From: Acidobacteriaceae bacterium
Lineage (GTDB): Bacteria > Acidobacteriota > Terriglobia > Terriglobales > Acidobacteriaceae
DNA length: 64,000 nucleotides
Direction: 5' to 3'
Assembly (NCBI GenBank): GCA_003134995.1
Contig: PLDC01000023.1
Span: forward strand, 18,431 to 82,430
The translations under genes were made by a program, and so were the position numbers. The notes under the pieces were generated by a model. It saw only the letters and a program-made list of their open reading frames with translations. It did not search any database and was not told where the DNA came from. Position 1 is the stretch's first letter, and the number at the start of each line of letters is the position of its first letter. This document shows positions 40,526 through 49,699 of this stretch, piece after piece.

Positions 40526-42871
40526 ATGCGCGATCGTCGGCTGATTCTTCTGATTGGCTTGATCTGCCTAACCAGTTGCTTGATGTTCCTCGAACTGGGC
40601 TCCGACCGCCCAGTAGCCCACGCCCAGCAGCCAACATCTGCTGCTCCTGCCGCGACTCCCGCCGTCGCGACCACACCCAACGACACGACCGTCTTCCGCG
40701 CCGAAACTCGTCTCGTTCTCGTGGATGCCGTGGTGACCGACAAAAAAAACAACTACATTCGGGATCTCGCCCAAAAAGATTTCAAGGTTTGGGAAGATGG
40801 CAAGGAACAGGCGATCACCAGTTTTTCTTTTGAAGAGAATACTGGCTCCTCCAATTCTCAGCCGCGCTACATGGTCCTGTTCTTTGACAACTCCACCATG
40901 GACTTCGGCGATCAAGCCAAGGCCAGGGATGCGGCCGCGAAATTTATTGATGCGAATGCCGGCCCCGGCCGTTTGATCGCTCTTGCCGATTTCGGCGGCA
41001 CCGTAAAAATCTCGCAAAACTTTACCTCCGATGCCCAGCGCTTGAAGCAGGTGGTCATGGGCTTAAAAACTTCCTCGGTTTCGCCCAACGCGGATCCCGT
41101 CACTGTTGCATCGCTGGGAGCCCCACCATTGCCTGTGCCGGCTCTGGGAAATGCAGAAGCTGACTTTGGCATTCACAGCGTACTGCTCGCTCTGCGAAGC
41201 CTGGCGAAGGATCTTTCCACCGTTCCGGGGCGCAAGACGCTGGTGATGTTGACTTCTGGATTTCCACTGAGCCCGGAGTACGAGTCGGAAGTGACCGCAG
41301 TCATCGATACCTGCAACAAGTCGAACGTTGCTATCTATCCCATCGATGTTCGCGGATTAACGGTTCCACAGTTGCCCGGAATGCAGAACCGTCTCATGCC
41401 GCCATCGGTGCATTCGACATCGGGATCGGTGGTTCAATCCGCATTTCACTACTCCGACGGTCAGCCCATGTTGCACCTCGCTGCATTTGCTGAACCGGCT
41501 TGGGCGTTTCCCACGCAACATGGCGGAGGCGGTGGAGGTGGTGGCGGCGGAGGCGGTCATGGCGGCGGGGGAACTGGTGGCGGGGGTGGGACCGGCGGCG
41601 GCGGTCACGGCGGCACAGGAGGGACGGGTGGTGGCAAGTCCGGTGGCGGCGGTGGCACCGGCACCAGCGGCGTCGGAACTCCGTACAACAGCAACCTATA
41701 CAACCAGTACAATCAGCCCAGGCAAATTATTCCTCCTTTTCCCCCCAGCGCTTCTGACAATCAGCAGGTTCTCTATCAACTCGCCGACGGCACCGGAGGT
41801 TTCGTCATCCTTAATACCAACGACCTGTTGGGCGGGATGGACCGGATCGCCAAGGATCAAAACCAGTATTACTTTCTGGGTTACAAGCCCGCAGTTTCCG
41901 CCGATGGTAGCTGCCATACCCTAAAGGTCAAAGTCGAGCGCGGAGGAACTCAGGTCCGCGCCCGCAGCGGCTATTGCAATGTAAAGCCAGCCGATCTTCT
42001 GGCCGGCAATCCCGTCGTGAAAGATCTGGAAGCGCGCGCTGGCGGCGAAATGAAGGGCAATGTCGCGGCCGTAATGCAGGCGCCGTTCTTTTACACCTCG
42101 CCCAACATCGCACAGGTCCATCTTGCCGTCGAGATTCCTTCGGCCGCGCTCAAGTTTGAAAAGGTAAAAGGGAAGCAACGTGCAACGCTCAACATATTGG
42201 GTATCGCATACAAGCCGGATGCCACGATTGCCGCGCGGTTCAGCGATACCGTAAATGTGGACTTCGATGAAAAGAAGCAGATCGAGGATTTTCAGAAACA
42301 ACCGTTTCGTTACGAAAATCAGTTCGATATCGCCTCGGGCGATTACAAACTAAAAGTTGCATTCAGTTCTGGCAACGACACTTTCGGCAAACTCGAAACT
42401 CCACTTGGGATCGATCCCTACCGTGGTCAGGATTTCAGCATCAGCGGCGTCGCGCTCAGTAACGACATTCGCCGTGCCGCCGACAACTCTACGGGCCTCG
42501 ACAGCCAACTGCTGCAAGACCGCACTCCTTTGCTGTTTCAAGGTGTCCAGGTTGCGCCTTCTGCCTCCAATCACTTCAAGAAGACGGACGTTGCCGCAGT
42601 CTACGCTGAGGTTTATGAACCTCTTCTGAAGAAGCCGAATCCTCCGGAAGTTGCCTATGAGCTGATCGTCGTTGAGCGCAAGAGTGGACAGGAAAAATAC
42701 CACATCGGCGAACGGACTCCTGCGGGAAAAGCTGGCGATCCGGTCATTGCGCTGGGACTCAAGCTGCCAGTTTCCACACTGGGTCCTGGTTCCTATCAAA
42801 TGAAGCTAAGGGCTGTCGATTCGGCAGGCAATGCCAGCAAGACTCGCACTGCTGATTTTGATGTGGAATAG
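40526..42871 (+). CDS. VWA-domain protein (paralogue of the previous gene) with an internal glycine tract
   Basis: 781 aa. VFRAETRLVLVDAVVTDKKNNYIRDLAQKDFKVWEDGKEQAITSF, YMVLFFDNSTMDF...LVMLTSGF...YPIDVRGL...[Gly tract]...LADGTGGFVI. It starts 22 nt after the previous stop and is preceded by GGGGGA. Confidence 0.85.
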   Translation: MRDRRLILLIGLICLTSCLMFLELGSDRPVAHAQQPTSAAPAATPAVATTPNDTTVFRAETRLVLVDAVVTDKKNNYIRDLAQKDFKVWEDGKEQAITSFSFEENTGSSNSQPRYMVLFFDNSTMDFGDQAKARDAAAKFIDANAGPGRLIALADFGGTVKISQNFTSDAQRLKQVVMGLKTSSVSPNADPVTVASLGAPPLPVPALGNAEADFGIHSVLLALRSLAKDLSTVPGRKTLVMLTSGFPLSPEYESEVTAVIDTCNKSNVAIYPIDVRGLTVPQLPGMQNRLMPPSVHSTSGSVVQSAFHYSDGQPMLHLAAFAEPAWAFPTQHGGGGGGGGGGGGHGGGGTGGGGGTGGGGHGGTGGTGGGKSGGGGGTGTSGVGTPYNSNLYNQYNQPRQIIPPFPPSASDNQQVLYQLADGTGGFVILNTNDLLGGMDRIAKDQNQYYFLGYKPAVSADGSCHTLKVKVERGGTQVRARSGYCNVKPADLLAGNPVVKDLEARAGGEMKGNVAAVMQAPFFYTSPNIAQVHLAVEIPSAALKFEKVKGKQRATLNILGIAYKPDATIAARFSDTVNVDFDEKKQIEDFQKQPFRYENQFDIASGDYKLKVAFSSGNDTFGKLETPLGIDPYRGQDFSISGVALSNDIRRAADNSTGLDSQLLQDRTPLLFQGVQVAPSASNHFKKTDVAAVYAEVYEPLLKKPNPPEVAYELIVVERKSGQEKYHIGERTPAGKAGDPVIALGLKLPVSTLGPGSYQMKLRAVDSAGNASKTRTADFDVE
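41522..41678 (+). repeat. Coding low-complexity tract (Gly with interspersed H/T/K/S)
   Basis: Encodes GGGGGGGGGGGGHGGGGTGGGGGTGGGGHGGTGGTGGGKSGGGGGTGTSGVG, followed by an N/Q/Y-rich stretch PYNSNLYNQYNQPRQ. The Gly codons are a mixture of GGC, GGT, GGA and GGG. Confidence 0.9.
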
Positions 42872-42898
42872 TTGTCGAATAAAGCTTGCGCGGTGTCA

Positions 42899-42923
42899 GC
42901 TCTTGCACTCGACCTGCAAGAGC
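42899..42923 (+). terminator. Hairpin after the second VWA gene
   Basis: GCTCTTGCA(42899-42907)-ctcgacc-TGCAAGAGC(42915-42923), a perfect 9-bp stem 28 nt after the stop. Confidence 0.45.
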
Positions 42924-42988
42924 CGCTTCGCTTATGATTTGAGGATGATTTCTGCGAATGCGCAGTGCCCCGCGAGCGGGCACGCTCG

Positions 42989-43972
42989 ATGATCATCACC
43001 CGGAGTCCGCTGAGAATTTGTCTCGGCGGCGGCGGCACTGACCTACCTTCTTATTACCGGCAGCATACTGGCTTTGTCCTCTCGGCGGCCATCAATCGCT
43101 ACGTATACATCACCATCAACGAAGCTTTCCGTCCATGCATTATCGTGAAGTATTCCAAGTTCGAAGATGTTGAGCGCGTCGACCAGATACAGCACCCCAT
43201 CATCCGCGAAGCCTTGAAGTTGACCGGCGTCACAGGTCCCTATCTTGAAATTGTCAGCCTGTCCGACATTCCAGCCGGCACAGGGATGGGTTCATCCGGC
43301 AGCTTCACTACCGCGCTGCTATGCGCTCTACATACGTTCAAGCGCGACTTCATTCCGCCGCGAGAACTCGCCGAGCAGGCCTGCCACATCGAACTGAAGT
43401 TGCTCAACGAGCCTATCGGCAAGCAGGATCAGTACATTTCCGCTTTCGGCGGCATCACGTGTTTCCAGTTTCTGCCGGATGACCGCGTCGTCGTCGAGCC
43501 ACTCAAAATTCCCGCCGAGACTCTAGCCAACCTTGAAGATAACCTGCTCTTATTCTTTACTGGAAGTTCGCGCAACGCATCCGACATTCTCCGCGACCAG
43601 GATTCGAGAACCAAACAGAACAACTCTGAGATGATCGAGAATCTGCACTTCACCAAGCAGTTGGGAGTGGAGAGCCGTGACGCGCTGCTGGCTGGCGATT
43701 TGCGCAAGTTCGCCGATTTGATGAACGTGCATTGGCAGCATAAGAAAAAACGATCCCCAGGCATGAGCAGCGGCGAAATCGATCGGTTGTATGAACTCGC
43801 AAAAGACAATGGAGCGCTCGGCGGCAAACTCGTCGGCGCCGGCGGAGGCGGATTTCTTATGTTCTACACTGAAGAGAAAACTCGCCTCAGGGCGGTCATG
43901 CGCAACGCGGGACTCCGTGAGGTTCGCATGCAATTCGATTTTGCCGGGACCACGGTGGTGGCGCATTCGTAG
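42989..43972 (+). CDS. hddA: GHMP-family sugar kinase, D-glycero-D-manno-heptose 7-phosphate kinase-like
   Basis: MIITRSPLRICLGGGGTDLPSYY...IPAGTGMGSSGSFTTAL (GHMP ATP-binding motif) ...GGKLVGAGGGGFLMFY. The pathway context is given by the three downstream genes. Confidence 0.75.
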   Translation: MIITRSPLRICLGGGGTDLPSYYRQHTGFVLSAAINRYVYITINEAFRPCIIVKYSKFEDVERVDQIQHPIIREALKLTGVTGPYLEIVSLSDIPAGTGMGSSGSFTTALLCALHTFKRDFIPPRELAEQACHIELKLLNEPIGKQDQYISAFGGITCFQFLPDDRVVVEPLKIPAETLANLEDNLLLFFTGSSRNASDILRDQDSRTKQNNSEMIENLHFTKQLGVESRDALLAGDLRKFADLMNVHWQHKKKRSPGMSSGEIDRLYELAKDNGALGGKLVGAGGGGFLMFYTEEKTRLRAVMRNAGLREVRMQFDFAGTTVVAHS

Positions 43973-44008
43973 GAGAACCTATTGTTGAATCCCGCCCGGA
44001 ATCCGGCA

Positions 44009-44734
44009 ATGACGGTTGCGATTCTCGCTGGCGGGCTCGCTACCCGTCTGCATCCCATCACACAGACCGTGCCGAAATCGCTGCTTGAAGTGAACGGTGA
44101 GCCTTTCGTCGTGCATCAATTGCGGCTGCTGAAGTCGAACGGCATCCAGCGAGTTGTGCTGTGCGTGGGGCATCTCGGTGAGTTGATTCAGCGCGCCATT
44201 GGCGACGGTTCAACGCTGGACCTTCAGGTAGACTACTCATTCGACGGCCCGGCCCTGTTGGGAACGGCCGGCGCAATCAGAAATGCTTTGCCGAGGTTAG
44301 GCGAGCGTTTCTTTGTGATGTACGGTGATTCCTACCTTCCTTGCGACTATGCGGCGGTCGCGCGGAACTTCGAGTCGGCAGGTGTGTTGGGAATGATGAC
44401 GGTGTTTCGCAACGAAGGCAAGTGGGACACCAGCAACGTCGAGTTCGAGGCGGGCGGATCAAAAGCGGGAAAGATTTTGGCGTACAGCAAGACAAACCGC
44501 ACTCCGCGCATGCATTACATCGACTACGGATTAGGAGTTTTTCGCGCAGAAGCATTTCAAAATTTACCGGTGGGGAAGCCTTGCGATCTGACTGAACTCT
44601 ATTCGGATTTGCTTCAACGCAATCAGCTCGCGGCATTTGAAGTGCACGAGCGGTTTTACGAGATTGGATCGCCCGCAGGATTGCAGGAGACAGCCGAGTT
44701 CCTGGCAGCCAGGGAAGCCAATCGCGAATCATAA
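44009..44734 (+). CDS. hddC: Sugar-1-phosphate nucleotidyltransferase, heptose 1-phosphate guanylyltransferase-like
   Basis: MTVAILAGGLATRLHPITQTVPKSLLEVNGEPF (G-x-G-T-R-L nucleotidyltransferase signature). About 240 aa. Confidence 0.7.
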   Translation: MTVAILAGGLATRLHPITQTVPKSLLEVNGEPFVVHQLRLLKSNGIQRVVLCVGHLGELIQRAIGDGSTLDLQVDYSFDGPALLGTAGAIRNALPRLGERFFVMYGDSYLPCDYAAVARNFESAGVLGMMTVFRNEGKWDTSNVEFEAGGSKAGKILAYSKTNRTPRMHYIDYGLGVFRAEAFQNLPVGKPCDLTELYSDLLQRNQLAAFEVHERFYEIGSPAGLQETAEFLAAREANRES

Positions 44735-44736
44735 CA

Positions 44737-45960
44737 ATGACGACAGAGAATACATTCGCGCAACAATTCCTGGCTGAAGCCAAAGATGTAATCGACCGCC
44801 TCGACACCGCCAATATCGAAAACGCCGCATTCTTATTGGCTCGAACGCGCGCATCCGGAGGACGGCTATTTATCCTCGGTGTCGGCGGCAGCGCAGCCAA
44901 TGCCTCCCATGCTGTGAACGACTTCCGCAAGATTGCAGGCATTGAAGCGTACGCGCCCACCGACAACGTATCGGAACTTACGGCGCGAACAAACGATGAA
45001 GGTTGGGCCAGCGTGTTCGAAGCTTGGCTACGCGTGAGCCGCCTGCGCGCCAACGATCTCGTGCTCGTGCTCTCCGTCGGTGGCGGAGATCTCGAAAAAA
45101 ATGTCAGCCCCAATCTGGTGGCAGCTCTGCAATACGCAAAGTCTGTCGGCGCGAAGATACTCGGCATCGTTGGTCGCGATGGCGGCCACACCGCGAAAGT
45201 CGCTGACGTCTGCATCCTTATTCCTACGATAAACCCGGCTCACATCACTCCGCACACTGAGGCGTTCCAGGCGGTCGTGTGGCATCTGCTGGTCTCACAC
45301 CCGGCGGTAAAGCGGCAGCAAACCAAGTGGGAATCCACCGCCTCTGAAAGCGCGCAGCTTCGCCCAGCAGTTTTTCTCGACCGCGATGGCGTTCTCAACC
45401 GCGCTGCGGTCCGCGATGGCAAGCCGTTTTCGCCTTCCGGAGTTCAGGAACTCGACCTGTTGCCCCAGGTGGCGTCGTCGTTGCTCGATCTAAAGGCCCA
45501 TGGATTCGCGCTCATCGTCATCACCAACCAGCCGGATGTGGCGCGCGGCCGGCAGCCACGCGGAGCCGTCGAAGCCATTCATCAAGAGTTGGCATCGACC
45601 CTGCCAATCGACGATATCCTCGTCTGCTATCATGACGATGCGGATGGATGCGCTTGCCGCAAGCCTCTGCCCGGACTTTTGCTCGAGGCCCAGCGCAAGC
45701 ACAACATCGATCTTTCGCGCAGTTTCTTTGTGGGAGATCGCTGGCGCGACATCGATGCCGGCCACGCCGCAGGTTGCAAAACGGTTCTGATCGATTACGG
45801 CTATCGGGAGCGAGCGCCGGCGCAGCCTCCGGAAGCCACGGTGCGATCGTTGCGAGAAGCAGCCGACTGGATCATCGCCTCCAGTGCAAACGAATCGCAT
45901 AGTCTTGAAGAAGCCGCACAACAAGACGCCGCACAACAAGGAGCCTCACCATCAAGATGA
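44737..45960 (+). CDS. Fusion of a SIS-domain phosphoheptose isomerase (GmhA-like) and a D,D-heptose 1,7-bisphosphate phosphatase (GmhB-like HAD)
   Basis: N-terminal half: RLFILGVGGSAANASHAVNDFRK...LVLSVGGG (SIS). C-terminal half: AVFLDRDGVLN (HAD motif I), ITNQPDVARG, zinc-type motif CYHDDADGCACRKP, GDRWRDIDAG. Confidence 0.8.
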   Translation: MTTENTFAQQFLAEAKDVIDRLDTANIENAAFLLARTRASGGRLFILGVGGSAANASHAVNDFRKIAGIEAYAPTDNVSELTARTNDEGWASVFEAWLRVSRLRANDLVLVLSVGGGDLEKNVSPNLVAALQYAKSVGAKILGIVGRDGGHTAKVADVCILIPTINPAHITPHTEAFQAVVWHLLVSHPAVKRQQTKWESTASESAQLRPAVFLDRDGVLNRAAVRDGKPFSPSGVQELDLLPQVASSLLDLKAHGFALIVITNQPDVARGRQPRGAVEAIHQELASTLPIDDILVCYHDDADGCACRKPLPGLLLEAQRKHNIDLSRSFFVGDRWRDIDAGHAAGCKTVLIDYGYRERAPAQPPEATVRSLREAADWIIASSANESHSLEEAAQQDAAQQGASPSR

Positions 45961-46715
45961 AGTCCGTATCTGAATTGCGGGTTCAGGTGTTCGCCGACGG
46001 AGCCGACAAGGCCAGCATGCTCGACCTCTACCGGCAGCCCTACATCAAGGGTTTCACTACGAATCCAACTCTGATGCGGAAGGCGGGCATCACCGACTAC
46101 GAGCGCTTCGCTCTCGACATTCTGCAGCACATTCCTGATCGTCCCATCTCTTTCGAAGTCTTCGCCGATGATGAACCTGAGATGGAGCGCCAAGCCCGCA
46201 AGATCGCCCGCTGGGCGAACAACGTTTACGTAAAGATTCCGGTAACGAATACTCGCAGCGAGCCGATGTACGATCTGATCCGCCGCTTGGGCGCGGATGG
46301 CATTCAGGTAAACGCAACGGCGCTGCTGGCGCTCGATCAGGTTCGTCACGTGGCGAAAGCCCTGCAAGGCGGCGCGCCATCCTACATCTCAGTGTTCGCC
46401 GGACGCGTTGCCGACACCGGCCGCGATCCCATTCCGCTCATGAAATCAGCGCTCGAGTTGATGGCTCCCGAGCCCAACTGTCAGTTGGTCTGGGCCAGCC
46501 CGCGCGAACTCCTGAATATTTTTCAGGCCGACGAAATCGGCTGCCACATTATTACTGTTACGTCCGACGTTCTAAAAAAGGTAAGCCTGGTTGGAAAAGA
46601 CTTGCACGAGTTTTCTTTGGAAACCGTTCGCATGTTCCACGACGACGCCGCCCACTCCGGCTACACGCTGGAACTCACACCAGAAGAACGCCTGATCGGA
46701 TCACTGAGATCCTAG
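45957..46715 (+). CDS. tal: Transaldolase / fructose-6-phosphate-aldolase-family enzyme (short form)
   Basis: 252 aa. FADGADKASMLDLYRQPYIKGFTTNPTLM and NVYVKIPVT (Schiff-base Lys region). The ATG overlaps the previous stop (ATGA at 45957-45960). Confidence 0.8.
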   Translation: MKSVSELRVQVFADGADKASMLDLYRQPYIKGFTTNPTLMRKAGITDYERFALDILQHIPDRPISFEVFADDEPEMERQARKIARWANNVYVKIPVTNTRSEPMYDLIRRLGADGIQVNATALLALDQVRHVAKALQGGAPSYISVFAGRVADTGRDPIPLMKSALELMAPEPNCQLVWASPRELLNIFQADEIGCHIITVTSDVLKKVSLVGKDLHEFSLETVRMFHDDAAHSGYTLELTPEERLIGSLRS

Positions 46716-46750
46716 CTCTAACTCGTATTTCTTTGCAACCGAAAAAAATC

Positions 46751-47206
46751 TTACCCAGGATATCTTCCCGTGATATACCCCTCCAACTGCTGAATAGTCT
46801 CAGCCTGGTCAGAGACGATCCATTTCACCAGATCACCCAGCGAAACCACACCCAGCACAGCTTCATTCTCGCCAATCACCGGCAGATGGCGGAAGTGGTG
46901 CTTGGTCATAATGGACATGCAATCATCCACGGTGTGACGCGGCGTCACAAAAACCACAGGCGAGGTCATGATGTCGCGCACTGCAGTCTCCTTCGAAGAG
47001 TGGCCTTTCAGAATTACCTTGCGCGCATAGTCGCGCTCCGACAGAATGCCCACTAGCTTGCCGCCGGAAATCACCAGCAACGCGCCCACGCTCTCCGCCG
47101 CCATCTTTTCTATCGCTTGATAGACGGACTGGCCGGGTTCGGCCGAAAGAATCCGGCTGTTCGCTTTGCTCTTCAGCACCAGCGCGATTGTGTCCGTAAG
47201 TTTCAT
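46751..47206 (-). CDS. CBS-domain pair protein
   Basis: From [14 protein letters not shown]...: two CBS repeats ([20 protein letters not shown] and [23 protein letters not shown]). ATG 47206 chosen. Confidence 0.8.
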   Translation of the reverse strand: MKLTDTIALVLKSKANSRILSAEPGQSVYQAIEKMAAESVGALLVISGGKLVGILSERDYARKVILKGHSSKETAVRDIMTSPVVFVTPRHTVDDCMSIMTKHHFRHLPVIGENEAVLGVVSLGDLVKWIVSDQAETIQQLEGYITGRYPG

Positions 47207-47519
47207 CGAAGACCCTCCAGCCCGCAAGATTATACGCCTGACCCCTTGTGATCGAAGCGCAGCGTGCGCCGGCCCGATCAAGAACGATGGCATCTCGCGA
47301 CATCAGGCGATTGAGTCCATGCTTCGCCACCTACGCCCGCCCGTTACGTTTTCCGAATTCTCCACCCCTGTGTTGCCCTTTTGCGCCTACTCTTGTCTAT
47401 AATGGCCGGGGCACAGAGAGGCTTCGGTTTTTCCCGGCAGGAAGTCGGCTTTCCCGCTTGTCATTTCTCATCGTTTCCGCGCCGCCGATCGAGGTAGCGA
47501 AGAATTGTCTGTCGATTGC

Positions 47520-48293
47520 ATGAATGTGAAACCCGGAGTTGAAGTAGCCGGCCTCAGCGATGTGGGCTGCCAGCGCGAAAACAACGAGGATTCCTACCTC
47601 TATTGGGAGCCCGCCGGCGCTAAGGAATTTCAGCGCAAGGGTCGCCTCGCCGTCATCGCCGACGGCATGGGCGGACACGAAGGCGGCCAGGAAGCCAGCC
47701 GCCTCGCCGTTGAGACCGTTCGCGAAGTTTACGACCAGAGTTTCCATGACGATCCGCAGGCCGCTTTGGTGGATTCGTTCTCCACAGCTCACGCACGCAT
47801 TCAAGACTATGCCGAGCAGCATCCCGCTTTTCAAGGCATGGGCACGACGTGCACTGCGCTCGCACTCTGCGGACGCCAACTTTATTTCGCGCACGTTGGA
47901 GACAGCCGCCTTTACCTGATCCGCGATGCGCGCATCCTCCGCCTTACTCGCGATCACTCCTACGTGGGCCGCTTGGTGGAGAGCGGCATCGTCCGCCCTG
48001 AAGATGCCGAGAAGCATCCTCAGCGCCACATCCTCACCGCCGCTCTCGGAGCGGGCAGGGAACTGGCCGTCGATTGCGCCGAACAACCTGTGAACCTGAT
48101 CGAAGGAGACGACCTGCTGCTCTGCACCGATGGCCTCTGGAGCGTTGTGACTGAGGCAGAACTCGAGGCAGCCGTGACCGCCAACCCTCCTGCTGAGTGT
48201 TGTGACATTCTGGTGAAGCTAGCCCGGCAACGCGGCGGCCCCGACAACATTACCCTGCAGGTGCTGCGCATAGGAGCCGATTCAAAGCCCTAG
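47520..48293 (+). CDS. PP2C-family Ser/Thr protein phosphatase
   Basis: MNVKPGVEVAGLSDVGCQRENNEDSY...VIADGMGGHEGG...GMGTTCTAL...HVGDSRLYL...LLLCTDGLW...RGGPDNITLQV. Confidence 0.9.
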   Translation: MNVKPGVEVAGLSDVGCQRENNEDSYLYWEPAGAKEFQRKGRLAVIADGMGGHEGGQEASRLAVETVREVYDQSFHDDPQAALVDSFSTAHARIQDYAEQHPAFQGMGTTCTALALCGRQLYFAHVGDSRLYLIRDARILRLTRDHSYVGRLVESGIVRPEDAEKHPQRHILTAALGAGRELAVDCAEQPVNLIEGDDLLLCTDGLWSVVTEAELEAAVTANPPAECCDILVKLARQRGGPDNITLQVLRIGADSKP

Positions 48294-49699
48294 GGCTGCG
48301 ATCCACTTTGAAACCGCAATGCGGCAAGGTCGGCTTCATAGTCAAAACGAGCATTAGCCTCGGCGATCTGCGCTTGTGTCTGTTGTAACTGAGCCTGACT
48401 TAACTCAACGATCGAGCTGAGCCCCAGGCGATACCTTGTATCGGCCAGGTCCAGTGCGGTGTTGGCTTCTTGCAAGAGTTCGGCGGTCACACTCATTTTT
48501 TGTTGTGCAGTGTTCGCTCTCAGCCACGCTGTGCGGACATCCCGCACGATGAGATTGATGAGCACCCGGCTCTGCTCGTCGGACGCCTTGGCGCGCAGGT
48601 CGGCTTCCGCGGCTTGGGCATGGAATTTGAAACCTTCGAAGATCGGTATTCCGATATTGATCCCTGCTGCTCCATACCAATCCGGGGTGAAATAGGTACT
48701 CGATCCGACCGGGGTGATGCCCACTACGCCCAACCCGGAGATCGTAGGGAGTAGTTGCTCGTGCTGCGCCCGGCTGAAGCGCAGATCCGCGTCGTGATTG
48801 AGTTTGAGAGCAAGAAGATCGGGGCGCTGTTGCAAAGCGAGAGCAATGATTGCATCCACGGAAGGCGCGACCGGTAGCGGGGGCGATGGGTCGTCGACGA
48901 GTTGGTACTGTTGATTGCTCGTGGTTCCAAGCACCTCATTGAGATTCGCCATTGCAGCATCGAATTGATTTTGCGAATCGAGAGCGAGCAACTTGGCCTG
49001 CGACAGATTCACTTGCGCGAAACTCTGATCGAGCGTCGACTTGAGCTTGCTCGCAGTTAGTGCATTGACCTGATCGCCTACCGCTTGGCGCGCCTTGACG
49101 GTGCTTTTCGCAACCTGCAGTGTGGCCTGCGCCTCGAGAGCGTTGTAGAAGGCAATGTCCGCCGCCAGGACGATGTCCTCTCGCGTCGCCTCCGATTGTT
49201 GCTGGGAGGCTTTTGCCTGAAAGGATGAGGAAGCGACCAAATTGCGCGTGCGACCAAAATCCGTAATCAACTGACTGAAGTCAACGCCTGCGCCCGCGTG
49301 ATAGAGAAGCCGGGAGTCGCTCAGCGTCCCAGCCGAGATGCGGCTTGCTTCCTCCGCGTCAACCCCAGTCAGATTGCCATTTAGCGCTGGAAGCAACGCC
49401 GAGCGAGTCTCGCGGACGACCTGCTTTTGTGCCAGAGCAAGCAGCGCCGCGACGCTGATTCGTGGGTTGTTCTTGAGCGCCAACTGCTCCGCCAGTTGAC
49501 GCGTAAGCGTTTCTCCAGTTGAGTCTGGCGGGTGGGAGCCCGGCGAATTCGTTGTCACGGAATTTAATACCGGAGTTGGCTGCTGCGCCTGAGCTTGAAT
49601 CTGTGGCGCATCCGGAAGTTGCGCGACGGCTTGCTGTGCGCGCATGGCTAGGGAACACAGAAGGAGCCAGAGTGACAAGAATAGATTTCGGTTACGCAT
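48290..49699 (-). CDS. TolC-family outer-membrane efflux channel
   Basis: 469 aa with a signal peptide and two TolC-type repeats (...LALKNNPRISVAAL... / ...ALQQRPDLLALKL...). The stop shares the CTAG tetranucleotide with the PP2C stop. Overlaps the RND gene by 8 nt. Confidence 0.85.
   Translation of the reverse strand: MRNRNLFLSLWLLLCSLAMRAQQAVAQLPDAPQIQAQAQQPTPVLNSVTTNSPGSHPPDSTGETLTRQLAEQLALKNNPRISVAALLALAQKQVVRETRSALLPALNGNLTGVDAEEASRISAGTLSDSRLLYHAGAGVDFSQLITDFGRTRNLVASSSFQAKASQQQSEATREDIVLAADIAFYNALEAQATLQVAKSTVKARQAVGDQVNALTASKLKSTLDQSFAQVNLSQAKLLALDSQNQFDAAMANLNEVLGTTSNQQYQLVDDPSPPLPVAPSVDAIIALALQQRPDLLALKLNHDADLRFSRAQHEQLLPTISGLGVVGITPVGSSTYFTPDWYGAAGINIGIPIFEGFKFHAQAAEADLRAKASDEQSRVLINLIVRDVRTAWLRANTAQQKMSVTAELLQEANTALDLADTRYRLGLSSIVELSQAQLQQTQAQIAEANARFDYEADLAALRFQSGSQP

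Noticed and set aside
41357-41924. ORFs 41487..41924(+), 41500..41757(+) and 41357..41608(-) across the glycine tract
   Set aside because: Frame-shifted or antisense readings of the GGN-rich tract (Arg/Trp- or Ala/Thr-rich). The VWA frame is continuous and homologous to the upstream paralogue on both sides of the tract.
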